Virus record (IMG/VR): IMGVR_UViG_3300037010_000365
Coordinates: 1 to 64,000 of that record
Direction: 5' to 3' (one strand)
Length of the DNA: 64,000 nucleotides
DNA from: a virus
Both the position numbers and the translations under genes were made by a program. The notes under the pieces were generated by a model. That model searched no databases. It was given only the letters and a program-made list of their open reading frames with translations, and was not told the origin of the DNA. Within the stretch, counting starts at the first letter, position 1; the number at the start of each line of letters is the position of its first letter. This document shows, piece by piece, positions 1 through 10,335 of this stretch.

Positions 1-5
1 TGTAT

Positions 6-689
6 ATGTGTGTTCAACCAAGAGAATATAGAACATCGCCATATCTGCAACAGGACGTTAAGAACCAAATCCTAAAAAGTATTTCTACCAATTACATCGT
101 TGGCGGTATTAGACCTGTATTGCTTGATCCAATTTATTTGAAAATTAATCATATCATAACTATTTTTTATGATAAAGATAAACTAGATAGCGATATGGGG
201 GTTGTCAAGACTAACATAGTTGCTAATATTAAAGCGCTTTACGACTCAGAAATTATTCGGTTCAATACATATCTACCTATTTCGAGGATTCAGTCAACCG
301 TAGATAGCAGTGATCGTAGTATTGTAAGCAGTAGCGTAGGATTTAGCGTAACGTTGGATACACAATACTTAGGCGATCCGCTGTCGAAGATTGATATGAT
401 TGGTAATCAAATAAATGCTAACAGTATTACGTTTTCTGCTAATTGTGGAACTGTGTCTGTATCAGTTATCGGTAATATAGTTGAGTGCGGTTCGTCTGTT
501 TACGGTAATGGTTTTTGCTTTATTGATTGTTTAATCGGTACTGTTACATACAGCATTATTTCATATCCATTAAATAGCGGAGTTATATCGTTAACATTTA
601 CGACGGTAAGCCCATTTATTAAAACCAGTAACGAGTTGCTATTAATTGACTCTGACACGTACAGCTGGATCGAAACTCCTGTTAACTAG
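6..689 (+). CDS. Baseplate wedge subunit, T4 gp6-like, C-terminal part (gene probably starts before the window)
   Basis: PVLLDPIYLKINHIITIFYD and IIRFNTYLPISRIQSTVDSSDRSIVSS resemble the gp6 C-terminal half; lies upstream of other baseplate genes. Confidence 0.6.
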   Translation: MCVQPREYRTSPYLQQDVKNQILKSISTNYIVGGIRPVLLDPIYLKINHIITIFYDKDKLDSDMGVVKTNIVANIKALYDSEIIRFNTYLPISRIQSTVDSSDRSIVSSSVGFSVTLDTQYLGDPLSKIDMIGNQINANSITFSANCGTVSVSVIGNIVECGSSVYGNGFCFIDCLIGTVTYSIISYPLNSGVISLTFTTVSPFIKTSNELLLIDSDTYSWIETPVN

Positions 690-699
690 GTAGAAAATA

Positions 700-2262
700 G
701 TGAATTATTTGAATCAAATATCATCATTGGATCGGTTCATACCTGATTCGATAGTAGCGCAGTATCCAGAATTTACTGAGCTATTCAGACAGTATATCTT
801 GTTTATAAAGAGTACTTCTGCCTCTGACGTTATTTCACGTTTAGATTTAGATAATATCTCTGATCAATTCATTTATAACATAAAAAATGAAATTGCTTTT
901 GATATTCCAACAGCAAATCCAATTAAAACGTTATCTAAAGATGAAGTAGCTAATTTGTTGTTGACAGCTACTAACTTATATAAATCAAAAGGAACCATTC
1001 ATTCTATCAAGTACTTATTTCGTGTACTATACGGTTCTGAGTCTTTAGTTGAGTTAGGTAGATTAGGTGAATACATTGAATACAAACCAACAGCTCTTAG
1101 TATTGTTGAAATTGATTCAAGCGGTATCCATGTACCATCTCCAGATTATAACTTGTTTTCATATCAACAGTTCTATAAAGTTGGTACTACACATAGTATA
1201 ACAGCGCCGTATGTGATAGCTAGTTTTGAAGCTGTTTATAGCGGATCATGCGTAACATACTTTAATGACGGTGCAGATAAATTATGGGTTGAGATAACAA
1301 CGGATATAGCAATCGGTGATATTTTAATGTTCCCTGATATTGGTAGACGAGTTGTAGTATTGGGCTTTACCGGGCTTAGCCTTGACGGTTGGAATGCTAA
1401 AAATGAAAGATGGCGTGATCACGATGGGTTTTATATTCTTAATGAAATAAACCCACGAATTAATAATACATTTTATAAAGAAGTTAATGGTTTTAATATT
1501 ATAGAACCCGTCGATGCTGATAATATCAGATACACATTGGTTAATGGTGTTTTAAAGTTTATAAATCTATCAGGCGTTTCTTATGAGTTTATTAATATCC
1601 GTGTTTGTAGCACTGTAGGTGGTATTCAATATCGTACCGATATATGGTATACTATTGTTGATGGAGTATTAGTTTCCCTTACTGAAAATAACAATGACTT
1701 GCTTCCGCTATATAGCTCAACAGGCGTTATAATAGACGCATCAAGATTCTACGATATTAACGGTATTCAGTTAGTAACAGCAGCACGCCTTGAATCAACA
1801 AAGCAATTAATATCAATGTTTAGCATTTATTTTATGAATAATGTTAGGCCTGATATCTACATGGATACTATTAGAAAAACAGTTGTGCCTGCAGGATATA
1901 AAACTATTCATATTGATAGTAAACCCGAATTTGTTAGATACACAGGCGCGTTTTATGTTGTACCGCAAGGAACAAATAAAGTTAAATATGAATCAATAGT
2001 CAGATCAAATACTATTGTTACTCTAAATCAACTATTATCAAAAATTGATGATTTAGATAGTATTCATTATTATAAAGGCATGCTACCTATTATTGATAAC
2101 TTCAATATACTAGTGGACTACAATAATAATATTAATGCTGATAAATCATTCTATCTATCACTCGCTAATACTGTTGATTATAGCAGATCGTTATTATATG
2201 ACGGTGCTAAAACATACAATGGCTTAGTTAATTATAACTCGGTATCGCACATATTAGTATAA
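700..2262 (+). CDS. Baseplate wedge protein, gp7-like
   Basis: IPDSIVAQYPEFTELFRQY, LYKSKGTIHSIKYLFRVLYG and VVPAGY motifs typical of T4-like wedge proteins; follows gp6. Confidence 0.6.
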   Translation: MNYLNQISSLDRFIPDSIVAQYPEFTELFRQYILFIKSTSASDVISRLDLDNISDQFIYNIKNEIAFDIPTANPIKTLSKDEVANLLLTATNLYKSKGTIHSIKYLFRVLYGSESLVELGRLGEYIEYKPTALSIVEIDSSGIHVPSPDYNLFSYQQFYKVGTTHSITAPYVIASFEAVYSGSCVTYFNDGADKLWVEITTDIAIGDILMFPDIGRRVVVLGFTGLSLDGWNAKNERWRDHDGFYILNEINPRINNTFYKEVNGFNIIEPVDADNIRYTLVNGVLKFINLSGVSYEFINIRVCSTVGGIQYRTDIWYTIVDGVLVSLTENNNDLLPLYSSTGVIIDASRFYDINGIQLVTAARLESTKQLISMFSIYFMNNVRPDIYMDTIRKTVVPAGYKTIHIDSKPEFVRYTGAFYVVPQGTNKVKYESIVRSNTIVTLNQLLSKIDDLDSIHYYKGMLPIIDNFNILVDYNNNINADKSFYLSLANTVDYSRSLLYDGAKTYNGLVNYNSVSHILV

Positions 2263-2287
2263 TAATAAAATATAAAGGGTTTAAATA

Positions 2288-2758
2288 ATGGCTTATTTAC
2301 CAGAAACCGCTACCTACGAAGCAGGTATATATCAACTTGAAATAACTGATCCAGTTATAGGTGGAGCAGGCGGGAAATCGAACATCCAAGGTAACCAATT
2401 AGCTAATAGGACATCATATCTAAAGCAACAAGTTGAGTTGAAAGTTGATAAAGATTCTAATACTGGTGCAGCGTTATTACCTGCAGGTACGTCAACGCAA
2501 CGTCCTACGGCAAGTCCAGGTAAACTACGTTTTAATACTGATCTTGCTAAATTTGAAGGTTACAATGGTAGTGCTTGGGGTTCATTAGGCGGCGCAACTG
2601 GTGGTGCTGATGACACAGTGTTCTATACTAATAGTCAAACCGTAACAGCAAACTATACTATCCCTGTAGGTCAAAACGCTATGACAGTAGGACCTATTAC
2701 TGTTAATGAAAATGTAGAAATTGGTATATCTGTAGGTAGTGTATGGATCATATTTTAA
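2288..2758 (+). CDS. Short tail/virion structural protein
   Basis: GIYQLEITDPVIGG..QLANRTSYLK fibre-anchor N-terminus; LPAGTSTQRP..GKLRFNTDLAKFEGYNGSAW repeat common in phage structural proteins. Confidence 0.55.
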   Translation: MAYLPETATYEAGIYQLEITDPVIGGAGGKSNIQGNQLANRTSYLKQQVELKVDKDSNTGAALLPAGTSTQRPTASPGKLRFNTDLAKFEGYNGSAWGSLGGATGGADDTVFYTNSQTVTANYTIPVGQNAMTVGPITVNENVEIGISVGSVWIIF

Positions 2759-3112
2759 TTCAGGTTATAGAATTAGTAGATTAGAGTAAACATTAAACGG
2801 TCAACTAGTGTTTAGCAAGAATTTTGATGTGATGAATAATACTACATACTTTACTTAGAGTATTACTAAATTATACTATCAAGATATAGAATTAATAGTT
2901 GTTTCTAACTATTAAAATAGAAGAAATTATAGTAATCAATTGTTATTAACTACTTACCAAGTCTCAATTAGTCAGTATAGTAGTTACAATAATATTTGTA
3001 GTAGACAAGGAAGTATACTATTATCATAGTAAAGAGTCACGTACGTTATATGGCTTAGATCTGACAGTCATTATTGTTTATGCATTATTAACAATAAAGT
3101 TATATTAGTTGA

Positions 3113-3120
3113 TATAAATA
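3113..3120 (+). promoter_or_regulatory. T4-type late promoter TATAAATA
   Basis: Exact gp55 consensus about 50 nt upstream of the 3171 ORF. Confidence 0.7.
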
Positions 3121-3170
3121 GTACAAGCAGTTATGATAATTAAAATTAAACCTTAAATAAGGATTGTGTA

Positions 3171-5186
3171 ATGGCAAAGTTTAGAATTACAAATACTAAT
3201 GATAATTCGGTAGAGTTAGCGTTAGATAGTACAGTATTAGCCAATGTTAAGCAAGGCGAGTTCATTGCTAAGACAGTAGCTACAGTAGCAAATTTAATGA
3301 GTACACCAACAGTAGGCGCGTTGAATGTATTGAACTACTATTCAGGCAGTGAAGGTGGTGGGGTATTTTACTGGGATAGTAATAAGTTAAAAAGTGAACA
3401 TAACGGTGGTACTGTTATTGATCCTACTAAAGTATTTCCTAGTGACTGGAATGATCAAGTACAATTGACTAACTGGTTTACTTGTAATACTGCTGGTAGT
3501 GGTTGTTGGGTAAGGCAACATCAGAACAAATTAGACACAGCTTGGTTTGGTTTAACCAGCAGTACACCTGCTATTGCTGTAAAGATAGGGTTTGAAAAAA
3601 TGTTATCTGTTTGTGCACAGGATAATGGTATTTGGTATGACCCTAAATACAGTATATTTGTATCACAAAATCTGAATACAACAGGGGTTACTATTATATT
3701 ACCACCTATTGGTGCTAATAGAAATGGGTTGACAATTACAGGAAAAGGGTTTGGTGGGTTTAATAAATCCGATAATACTTTTATGTTCGATGCTCAACAG
3801 GATAATTCTGGAAACCTTACATTTGATAGTCTGACATTTAAGGGTGTTAACAATGCACCAGTAGCTAATAGACCTAAAATTTTTAATGGTAATAGAATTA
3901 TTAATACTTTAACGCAAAACTGTATATTTATGTTTGTAGGTAAAATATGGGAAGCATTACCACTTCCTCAAGAACTAACTACAAGTGGTTATTTGCAATC
4001 TATCACATCAATTAATGATTGGGTACTACAAAATTCTGACATAGCCATTCATGCTGGAGCGCTATATAATTGCGCTTGGACAAGATTGTCTATGGAAGAG
4101 GCTAGTAGTGCTGATTGTGCTTTTATGAAAATTGAAGGTGGTCCTTACTACAATAGTACAAATATGACAGTTATTAGAGATAGCTTGATAGAAGGACTTA
4201 ACTACCAAGGTTTACCTTTTAGTAATAGTGTAATCTATATTGGCTCAAATGGTGGAATGTTAAGTATTGAAAACTTATACACTGAAAAAAATACCTCTAA
4301 TGACATTACAATTGCTCATCCTACTCAAATTATAAAAATTTCGGGATTAAACTTTGGAAATGGAGATTTTGTTGCTGCTCCAAGAATACGTATACTTGGT
4401 AACCTCGGTAATATAAGTATTACAGGTTGCAGAGGTAATACAGCGCCTGTAGTTGATTTAACAGAGGTAACACAACCTGGTGACGCAGTCTACGAATGTA
4501 ATATTAAAAATAATTATTCGCTGACAAAATACATCAATATAGTAAGCATAAGCAATGATACTGTTAACGGTATTTTAACATTCAATCTTGACCCAACATC
4601 TGTAGATTTTATAGGTAACTTTAGGGTTGGCGAATATATTTCTGTAGATAGTTTGAACAACTTTGCATCAATTAACAATAGAGCTGTAATTGTTGATAGT
4701 GTAGGTGATACATTTTTTACAGCAAAGGTTATTACAACTGATGTTTACTCATCTGGTGGACGTGTTAGTAAGTTATTTCCGTGGGTAATATCCTATCAAA
4801 CACCGCCAGTAACTGCTGGGATGATGACAGGGTATTTCCCGTTTGAAGATAAAAATGCGGCTTCTGTTATAGTTTATAAAGATGTTAAATTTTACATGCA
4901 GCAATATAGGACTGGGTTTGTCTACACAAGCAACGCTTACTACAACTTACCTCCTGGGGCTGTTCAAACAGTTACATTTGTTATGCCGTTTGAAACATAC
5001 CAGAGTGACCAGTACGCTGCATATATAACTAACCCAAATAACAGAGAGATTATAAGCATTGATAATGTAGGGATTACTAACAGGGTTGCATCGGTTGTAC
5101 TTCGGAATACTTCTGCTTCTTTGACGGCAGGTGGTTCAATTACTACTTCTTTGACTAAAGAATCGGCTCTTACTATAACAGGTTAA
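3171..5186 (+). CDS. Tailspike / putative beta-helix polysaccharide depolymerase
   Basis: GGGVFYWD..HNGGTVIDP..GSGCWVR tailspike N-domain followed by an Asn/Gly/Ile-rich beta-helix-like body. Confidence 0.6.
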   Translation: MAKFRITNTNDNSVELALDSTVLANVKQGEFIAKTVATVANLMSTPTVGALNVLNYYSGSEGGGVFYWDSNKLKSEHNGGTVIDPTKVFPSDWNDQVQLTNWFTCNTAGSGCWVRQHQNKLDTAWFGLTSSTPAIAVKIGFEKMLSVCAQDNGIWYDPKYSIFVSQNLNTTGVTIILPPIGANRNGLTITGKGFGGFNKSDNTFMFDAQQDNSGNLTFDSLTFKGVNNAPVANRPKIFNGNRIINTLTQNCIFMFVGKIWEALPLPQELTTSGYLQSITSINDWVLQNSDIAIHAGALYNCAWTRLSMEEASSADCAFMKIEGGPYYNSTNMTVIRDSLIEGLNYQGLPFSNSVIYIGSNGGMLSIENLYTEKNTSNDITIAHPTQIIKISGLNFGNGDFVAAPRIRILGNLGNISITGCRGNTAPVVDLTEVTQPGDAVYECNIKNNYSLTKYINIVSISNDTVNGILTFNLDPTSVDFIGNFRVGEYISVDSLNNFASINNRAVIVDSVGDTFFTAKVITTDVYSSGGRVSKLFPWVISYQTPPVTAGMMTGYFPFEDKNAASVIVYKDVKFYMQQYRTGFVYTSNAYYNLPPGAVQTVTFVMPFETYQSDQYAAYITNPNNREIISIDNVGITNRVASVVLRNTSASLTAGGSITTSLTKESALTITG

Positions 5187-5331
5187 TTTATGATTTTTTA
5201 TCATTCATGCTATATACAAAGCTTATTTCACTTATTAGCTGATTTTAACAATCCAGCTGCAAAGTATGCAGCTGGGAGCAGTTTCGTAAGTATGTATAAA
5301 ATCTTTACAAGATAAATTTGGTGGTTGAGAT

Positions 5332-5766
5332 ATGACATTTCCATATTTAACTATTTACACTGATAATCTACCTCCAAACGCAAATGGTAGTACCAATGCA
5401 TTTGTAGTAAGAATCCGATCTGCATATAAAGATGATATCGGTGTTCATAACCATGAGTACACACATGTTAAACAATGGTATAAAATGTTAACTATTTGGT
5501 TGATGTTTTCTGCGTTACTAGTTGCAAGTACCTATGAAAGCTTAGGCTATGCTTTAGCACCAGCAGCTGTTGCTGGTATTGGATTACATAGTTTATTATA
5601 TCTATTCATACGTAGTTATAGACTAGAAGCTGAAGCTCAGGCTTATGCTGAACAAGTTAAAGCAGGTGCTAGCTTAGATGATATGGCAAATGATCTTGCA
5701 GGGGATTCCTACAAACTTGGTATCACGCAAGAACAAGCCAAAGAGGAGATTCAACGATGGTTGTAA
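5332..5766 (+). CDS. Membrane protein with HExxH motif (paralog of 9625-10065)
   Basis: HNHEYTHVKQW, two hydrophobic segments, LEAEAQAY. Confidence 0.55.
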   Translation: MTFPYLTIYTDNLPPNANGSTNAFVVRIRSAYKDDIGVHNHEYTHVKQWYKMLTIWLMFSALLVASTYESLGYALAPAAVAGIGLHSLLYLFIRSYRLEAEAQAYAEQVKAGASLDDMANDLAGDSYKLGITQEQAKEEIQRWL

Positions 5767-6364
5767 CATTGTTGGTTATGCCAGCAATTGCTGTATTAGT
5801 GTTTATACACAACGCAAACATGGCATAAAGAAATGTTTAATACTAAATATGCAGACGTAAGTCGCGCTTATGTCACTGATATTACAATTGATAAACTAGT
5901 ATTAGCCTCCATCGGGTACAGATGCAAAGCAGTTGTAGCTAGCTGCTTTGGCTTATGACGATTTATCGGCTGATGCCAATGTATACCAAAAGTTGCAAAA
6001 TGTGCTGATTATCCAATAAGGACAAAAGCGGATCTTTCATCAGTGAATCTGCGCAAATAGTCACGAGCGGTAACATACCCAACGTGTGTTTAAACGTCAG
6101 CGCAACAGTATTAATAGTGTTAAGCACACCCGTAATGACTACGATTGTCTAGTTTATTTCAATTACGGATAAGCAATCAATCGAACGTTTATAAAACATA
6201 ACATTAGCTTATGCAAATAATGGCGATCTATATGTTTGCGGTTATAGCGAGCGGGTAAGTCTGATATATATATAGTTATGATATGTCAGTTAGAGTATCG
6301 GTTCAAGCGGAAATACCAAAAGCTAAACTAATAAATACACAATAAGATAACATAAGGGATATTC

Positions 6365-7156
6365 ATGTCAGCAGTATTAACCAACGAATTCCAAGCTAAT
6401 ATTCTATCATCGTTTATTAGTACATACCTATCAGCAACAAGTGGTAACGTAACGTACTTATTTTTTGGTAAAGCCTCAAGCTGGCCTGCTGACGTTAACG
6501 GCAAAGCAGAAACCGATACTGGGTTTCTGCTTCCTATAGTAAACCCGTTAACAGCGCCTGCTGATTTTAGAGCAAATACACCAATTGCAGGCGTTAAGAT
6601 TAATAGCGCTGATGTTTCGCCTGCTATTCCTCGTGTTAACTGGGCAACAAACATGACGTATCCAAAAGGTCAAGTTGTTATTACGAATGAGTGGAATGTT
6701 TACTTAGCAACAACTAATATTGTGTCAAACACAATACCAACATCGACTGATTATACGCAAACTTTAAATGGATGGAAGTTTCAATATAAAATTGCAGATT
6801 CTGATTGGTTTACAAAATTCGTCACTAGTGCATGGATTCCTGTTCCGTTAACGCTCATATCTGTTCCAGATACAAACCCAAATCCGAATGCGTTATATGA
6901 ATGTAATGCATCTAGTATTATAATTTATAAAGTATTCAATGCTACTTCAGTTTCTCTTTCAACTTTGTCTACATACAGACAAATAGCGTTATGGGGATCT
7001 ATTAAATCACCATCAGCTGCAAATGTTACCGCTGATTTAGTAACATTGGCTGATATCAACCCGAGCACAGGTACAATTATATATTGTGATAATAGACATG
7101 AAACTGAGCGATATGAAGGTGTTGATGAAGAATTTAAAATTGTGATAGGTATCTAA
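6365..7156 (+). CDS. Baseplate wedge subunit, gp8-like
   Basis: YLFFGKASSW, AIPRVNW, WKFQYKI, FVTSAWIPVP, YRQIAL, GTIIYCDNR, EEFKIVI match gp8 motifs. Confidence 0.75.
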   Translation: MSAVLTNEFQANILSSFISTYLSATSGNVTYLFFGKASSWPADVNGKAETDTGFLLPIVNPLTAPADFRANTPIAGVKINSADVSPAIPRVNWATNMTYPKGQVVITNEWNVYLATTNIVSNTIPTSTDYTQTLNGWKFQYKIADSDWFTKFVTSAWIPVPLTLISVPDTNPNPNALYECNASSIIIYKVFNATSVSLSTLSTYRQIALWGSIKSPSAANVTADLVTLADINPSTGTIIYCDNRHETERYEGVDEEFKIVIGI

Positions 7157-7157
7157 T

Positions 7158-8828
7158 ATGGAATTTACTTTCGACAGAGCAGATTATCAAGTTGACGGGA
7201 CAGTTGAGTCTATTGTTGCTTGGAAGAATAAATACAACTCATTTTTAGATAAAATGGGAAATATTGTTGATGACACTGATATTACGTTTGTTAAACCAGT
7301 ATTAGCGCCTACGGCAGCCGCAGGCACAAATACAACTCAGTTAGCAACTACTGCTTTTGTAACAACTTCACCAGTATTCACTGGTACACCTACAGCGCCA
7401 ACTGCAGCTGCTGGTACTAGTACAACTCAGTTAGCAACAACTGCTTTTGTTACAGCAGCTGATAACCTATCTGTTAAAAAAGGTGATTTTTTACTTGGCG
7501 CAACCGCCCCTTACATTTCTGATGCCAATGTAATTACAACTACACAGTGGAACTCAGTTGGTGCCGTATGGAATGGTTCTCCATTTTCAGGAACAGTTGG
7601 TTCTAACCAAGGATACTTATTTACACAAGTGTGGGAAAACGTCAACTATAGGTTGCAGACATTCTACAATGTTAACTACAGCTTTGTATCAGCTTGGCGT
7701 AGAATGGATAACGGTGCGTGGTCTTCTTGGGTGTTTGACTGGACATATGGCACTTCAAACGGTCACGTCCTAATCGGCACTACTACAGATAATGGTGTTG
7801 ATAAGTTGCAGGTTAACGGTAGTATTAGTGCTGCAACAGCCTCTGCTGGGACAAACACTACACAGTTAGCCACAACTGCATTTGTTGTAGGTGAGAAAGG
7901 TGGTAGACGAAACTACTTAATCAATGGTAACTTCGATAAGTGGGATTATGGTGCAAGCCAGACTGTGACTGGGTACTATTCTGATAATAGATGGATGAGT
8001 TACTCTACAGGCTCAACAAAGACGCATTCACAAGTGGTATGCGGTGATACAGAAAGAGCATTATTTAATGCAGTGTACTTTAGTAGAACAATTGTCAATA
8101 GTGTAGCTGGTTCAAGTAATTATACTTGTAAAGTACAACGAATTGAGAACGTTGCGCTATTAGCTGGAAAAACTGTAACTTTATCGTTTTGGGCAAAAGC
8201 TGACGGTAATAAGAATATTGCTATCCAAATTGGTCAAGGGTTAGGATCAGGTGGAACCCCTTCTGGAGGTGGTGGTACTGCTATTTCGATAGTACCGTTA
8301 ACTACAACTTGGCAGAAGAATACTGTTACCATGACTCTTCCATCTATTGTAGGTAAAACGTTAGGTACTGACGGTATACAGACTACTTTTAGTATACTGT
8401 ATTTTTTCTTTGAGGCAGCGTTTATATCAACTCTTGGCCAACAATCAGGCATGTTCGATATCGCTCAAGTAAAACTTGAAGACGGTTCAGTTGCTACTAA
8501 TGGTTGGCATCCTTATGATGGTGAGTTTGGTGGAGAAGTTGAGGCTTGTGCGAGATACCTAAACAAGTTTACTGGTTTAAGTGGTAACTTTGGTGCTTAT
8601 GCTCAAGGTGCATACATGACTTATCAATTGAGTTACCCAACAATGAGGACAGTACCAAGTATAACTTCTAGTTTGTCTAATACTACTTACGCCAGTGCTG
8701 AGAATCTTCACTTGGATACGCAAACTACCAATACAGCCAGATTAGTCTTTGATGCAACAGCAGCAGCTACTAATGCAAACTTTGTTATGGGTTCAGGTGA
8801 CTACTTTATGCTTTCAGCAGAACTATAA
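7158..8828 (+). CDS. Tail fibre protein with C-terminal carbohydrate-binding-like domain
   Basis: APTAAAGTNTTQLATTAFV shaft repeats; NYLINGNFDKW..TLSFWAKAD..QVKLEDGSVAT domain. Confidence 0.75.
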   Translation: MEFTFDRADYQVDGTVESIVAWKNKYNSFLDKMGNIVDDTDITFVKPVLAPTAAAGTNTTQLATTAFVTTSPVFTGTPTAPTAAAGTSTTQLATTAFVTAADNLSVKKGDFLLGATAPYISDANVITTTQWNSVGAVWNGSPFSGTVGSNQGYLFTQVWENVNYRLQTFYNVNYSFVSAWRRMDNGAWSSWVFDWTYGTSNGHVLIGTTTDNGVDKLQVNGSISAATASAGTNTTQLATTAFVVGEKGGRRNYLINGNFDKWDYGASQTVTGYYSDNRWMSYSTGSTKTHSQVVCGDTERALFNAVYFSRTIVNSVAGSSNYTCKVQRIENVALLAGKTVTLSFWAKADGNKNIAIQIGQGLGSGGTPSGGGGTAISIVPLTTTWQKNTVTMTLPSIVGKTLGTDGIQTTFSILYFFFEAAFISTLGQQSGMFDIAQVKLEDGSVATNGWHPYDGEFGGEVEACARYLNKFTGLSGNFGAYAQGAYMTYQLSYPTMRTVPSITSSLSNTTYASAENLHLDTQTTNTARLVFDATAAATNANFVMGSGDYFMLSAEL

Positions 8829-8841
8829 AAAGGACTAAATA

Positions 8842-9258
8842 ATGTTAAATACAATTGAAATCATATCAGTTAAAATCCAACCTAAGGGTTGGATTCTGAA
8901 CGGAAGTACATTAGTTCCTGATGCTCCAGGTAATAGTGAAAGAGAAGCTATTCTAAATTGGATTAAAGAGGGTAATACACCTGAATCAGACGCGCCTACA
9001 CCAGTGCAACTTGCTCAACAGGCTAAGGCGGCTATTTACGGGCTACTCGATGAAACAGCGCAAAAGTACGACTACCGTACTTTTGCTGAAGTAGCGCAAT
9101 TCGTAGATAGTACAACGTGGAAAGCAGAAGCAGACGGCTTGCTAGTATGGCAAGACAGTGTCTGGCTTAAAGCTTATGAATTGTTAAAAGCACCTATCAC
9201 AAGCGTCGATGATTTTGTGGTACAACTACCTGAGTACATACCATCTAGTGGGTCTTAA
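8842..9258 (+). CDS. Tail fibre assembly/chaperone-like protein
   Basis: Directly follows the fibre; VPDAPGNSE..WIKEGNTP and LDETAQKYDY..WQDSVW motifs; paralog of 15490-15918. Confidence 0.6.
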   Translation: MLNTIEIISVKIQPKGWILNGSTLVPDAPGNSEREAILNWIKEGNTPESDAPTPVQLAQQAKAAIYGLLDETAQKYDYRTFAEVAQFVDSTTWKAEADGLLVWQDSVWLKAYELLKAPITSVDDFVVQLPEYIPSSGS

Positions 9259-9316
9259 AATTTAGTAGACCAATTCTCTAATTTTTATTAATGTTTAAGA
9301 CTAAGGAGTAAATAAT

Positions 9317-9628
9317 ATGTCTATTCAAACAACTTACAATTTATATAATGTACAAATTCCTAATGCAATCATTCATATTGATCGCTTATGGGGTTCATCG
9401 AAAGAGGGCTGGACCGCTTTAGTTGGTGTTTATACAACGGAAACTGTTCCTGCTGTAGCAGCAGTTGGTGAAGAAGGCGAAGAAGTCTATGTGCCAGCAG
9501 TGCCAGAAACAACTCGCATAAACAAGATCACTGAGTTTAACCACTCAGCGACATACGTTGCTGACGAACGCGGTTACGTAAGCGTGTACAAGTCGTTACA
9601 AGACAAATTCGATGGGGTCGAGGTATGA
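9317..9628 (+). CDS. Hypothetical protein (tail-module associated)
   Basis: 103 aa ORF with AAGGAG RBS. Confidence 0.55.
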   Translation: MSIQTTYNLYNVQIPNAIIHIDRLWGSSKEGWTALVGVYTTETVPAVAAVGEEGEEVYVPAVPETTRINKITEFNHSATYVADERGYVSVYKSLQDKFDGVEV

Positions 9629-10065
9629 CCCTTCCACATTTAACTATTTACGCTGATAACCTGCCACCTAATGTTGGCGGTACGGCTCAAGGCCCCTTAG
9701 TCAAGATTCGACCTAAGTACAAAAACGATGAGAGTATTCATGCCCATGAGTATATGCATGTCAAGCAGTGGTACAAAGTATTAGCCGCTTGGGCATTGTT
9801 CTCTGTACTATTGGTTGTGGGAACTTATGATAGCTTAGGTTATTCCTTAGCTCCTTTAATTTTTGCTGGTATTGGTGTGGATGGATTACTTTATAAGTTT
9901 GTGCGTAGCTACCGATTAGAGATGGAAGCACAGGCATATGCTGAACAAGTTAAAGCAGGTGCTAGCTTAGATGATATGGCATATAGATTAATTGCAAATG
10001 ATTACTACAAACTAGGTATCACGCAAGAACAAGCCAAAGAGGAGATTCAACGATGGTTGAATTGA
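9625..10065 (+). CDS. Membrane protein with HExxH motif (paralog of 5332-5766)
   Basis: HAHEYMHVKQW, two hydrophobic segments; 3' end nearly identical in DNA to the 5332 gene. Confidence 0.55.
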   Translation: MTLPHLTIYADNLPPNVGGTAQGPLVKIRPKYKNDESIHAHEYMHVKQWYKVLAAWALFSVLLVVGTYDSLGYSLAPLIFAGIGVDGLLYKFVRSYRLEMEAQAYAEQVKAGASLDDMAYRLIANDYYKLGITQEQAKEEIQRWLN

Positions 10066-10091
10066 TGCGCCAAGCATTTGATGTAATCGAA

Positions 10092-10240
10092 ATGAAGGTG
10101 TTGATGAAGAATTTAGAATTATAATAGGTAAATATAATATACAAATTACTTTTGACAAAGCATATTATTAAGTATACTGGACCGTTGATTGGAAGAATAA
10201 ATACAATGAGTTTATTAGATAAAATGGAAAATATTATTGT
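10092..10240 (+). pseudogene. Degenerate copy of the gp8 3' end / tail fibre 5' start (7113-7270)
   Basis: ATGAAGGTGTTGATGAAGAATTTA..TTGGAAGAATAAATACAA..TTAGATAAAATGG matches 7113-7260, with stops and deletions. Confidence 0.7.
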
Positions 10241-10335
10241 TGTTATTAATTACAATAATATTGCGCTTCCAAATGATAATGGTAGTTATGATTTAATGAT
10301 AACGCCTACTATACCAAACTAAACAGGTGCAATAA

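Noticed and set aside
2760-3110. Functional element in the 350-nt AT-rich gap
   Set aside because: No ORF, repeat or convincing structure found; probably a decayed gene or spacer.
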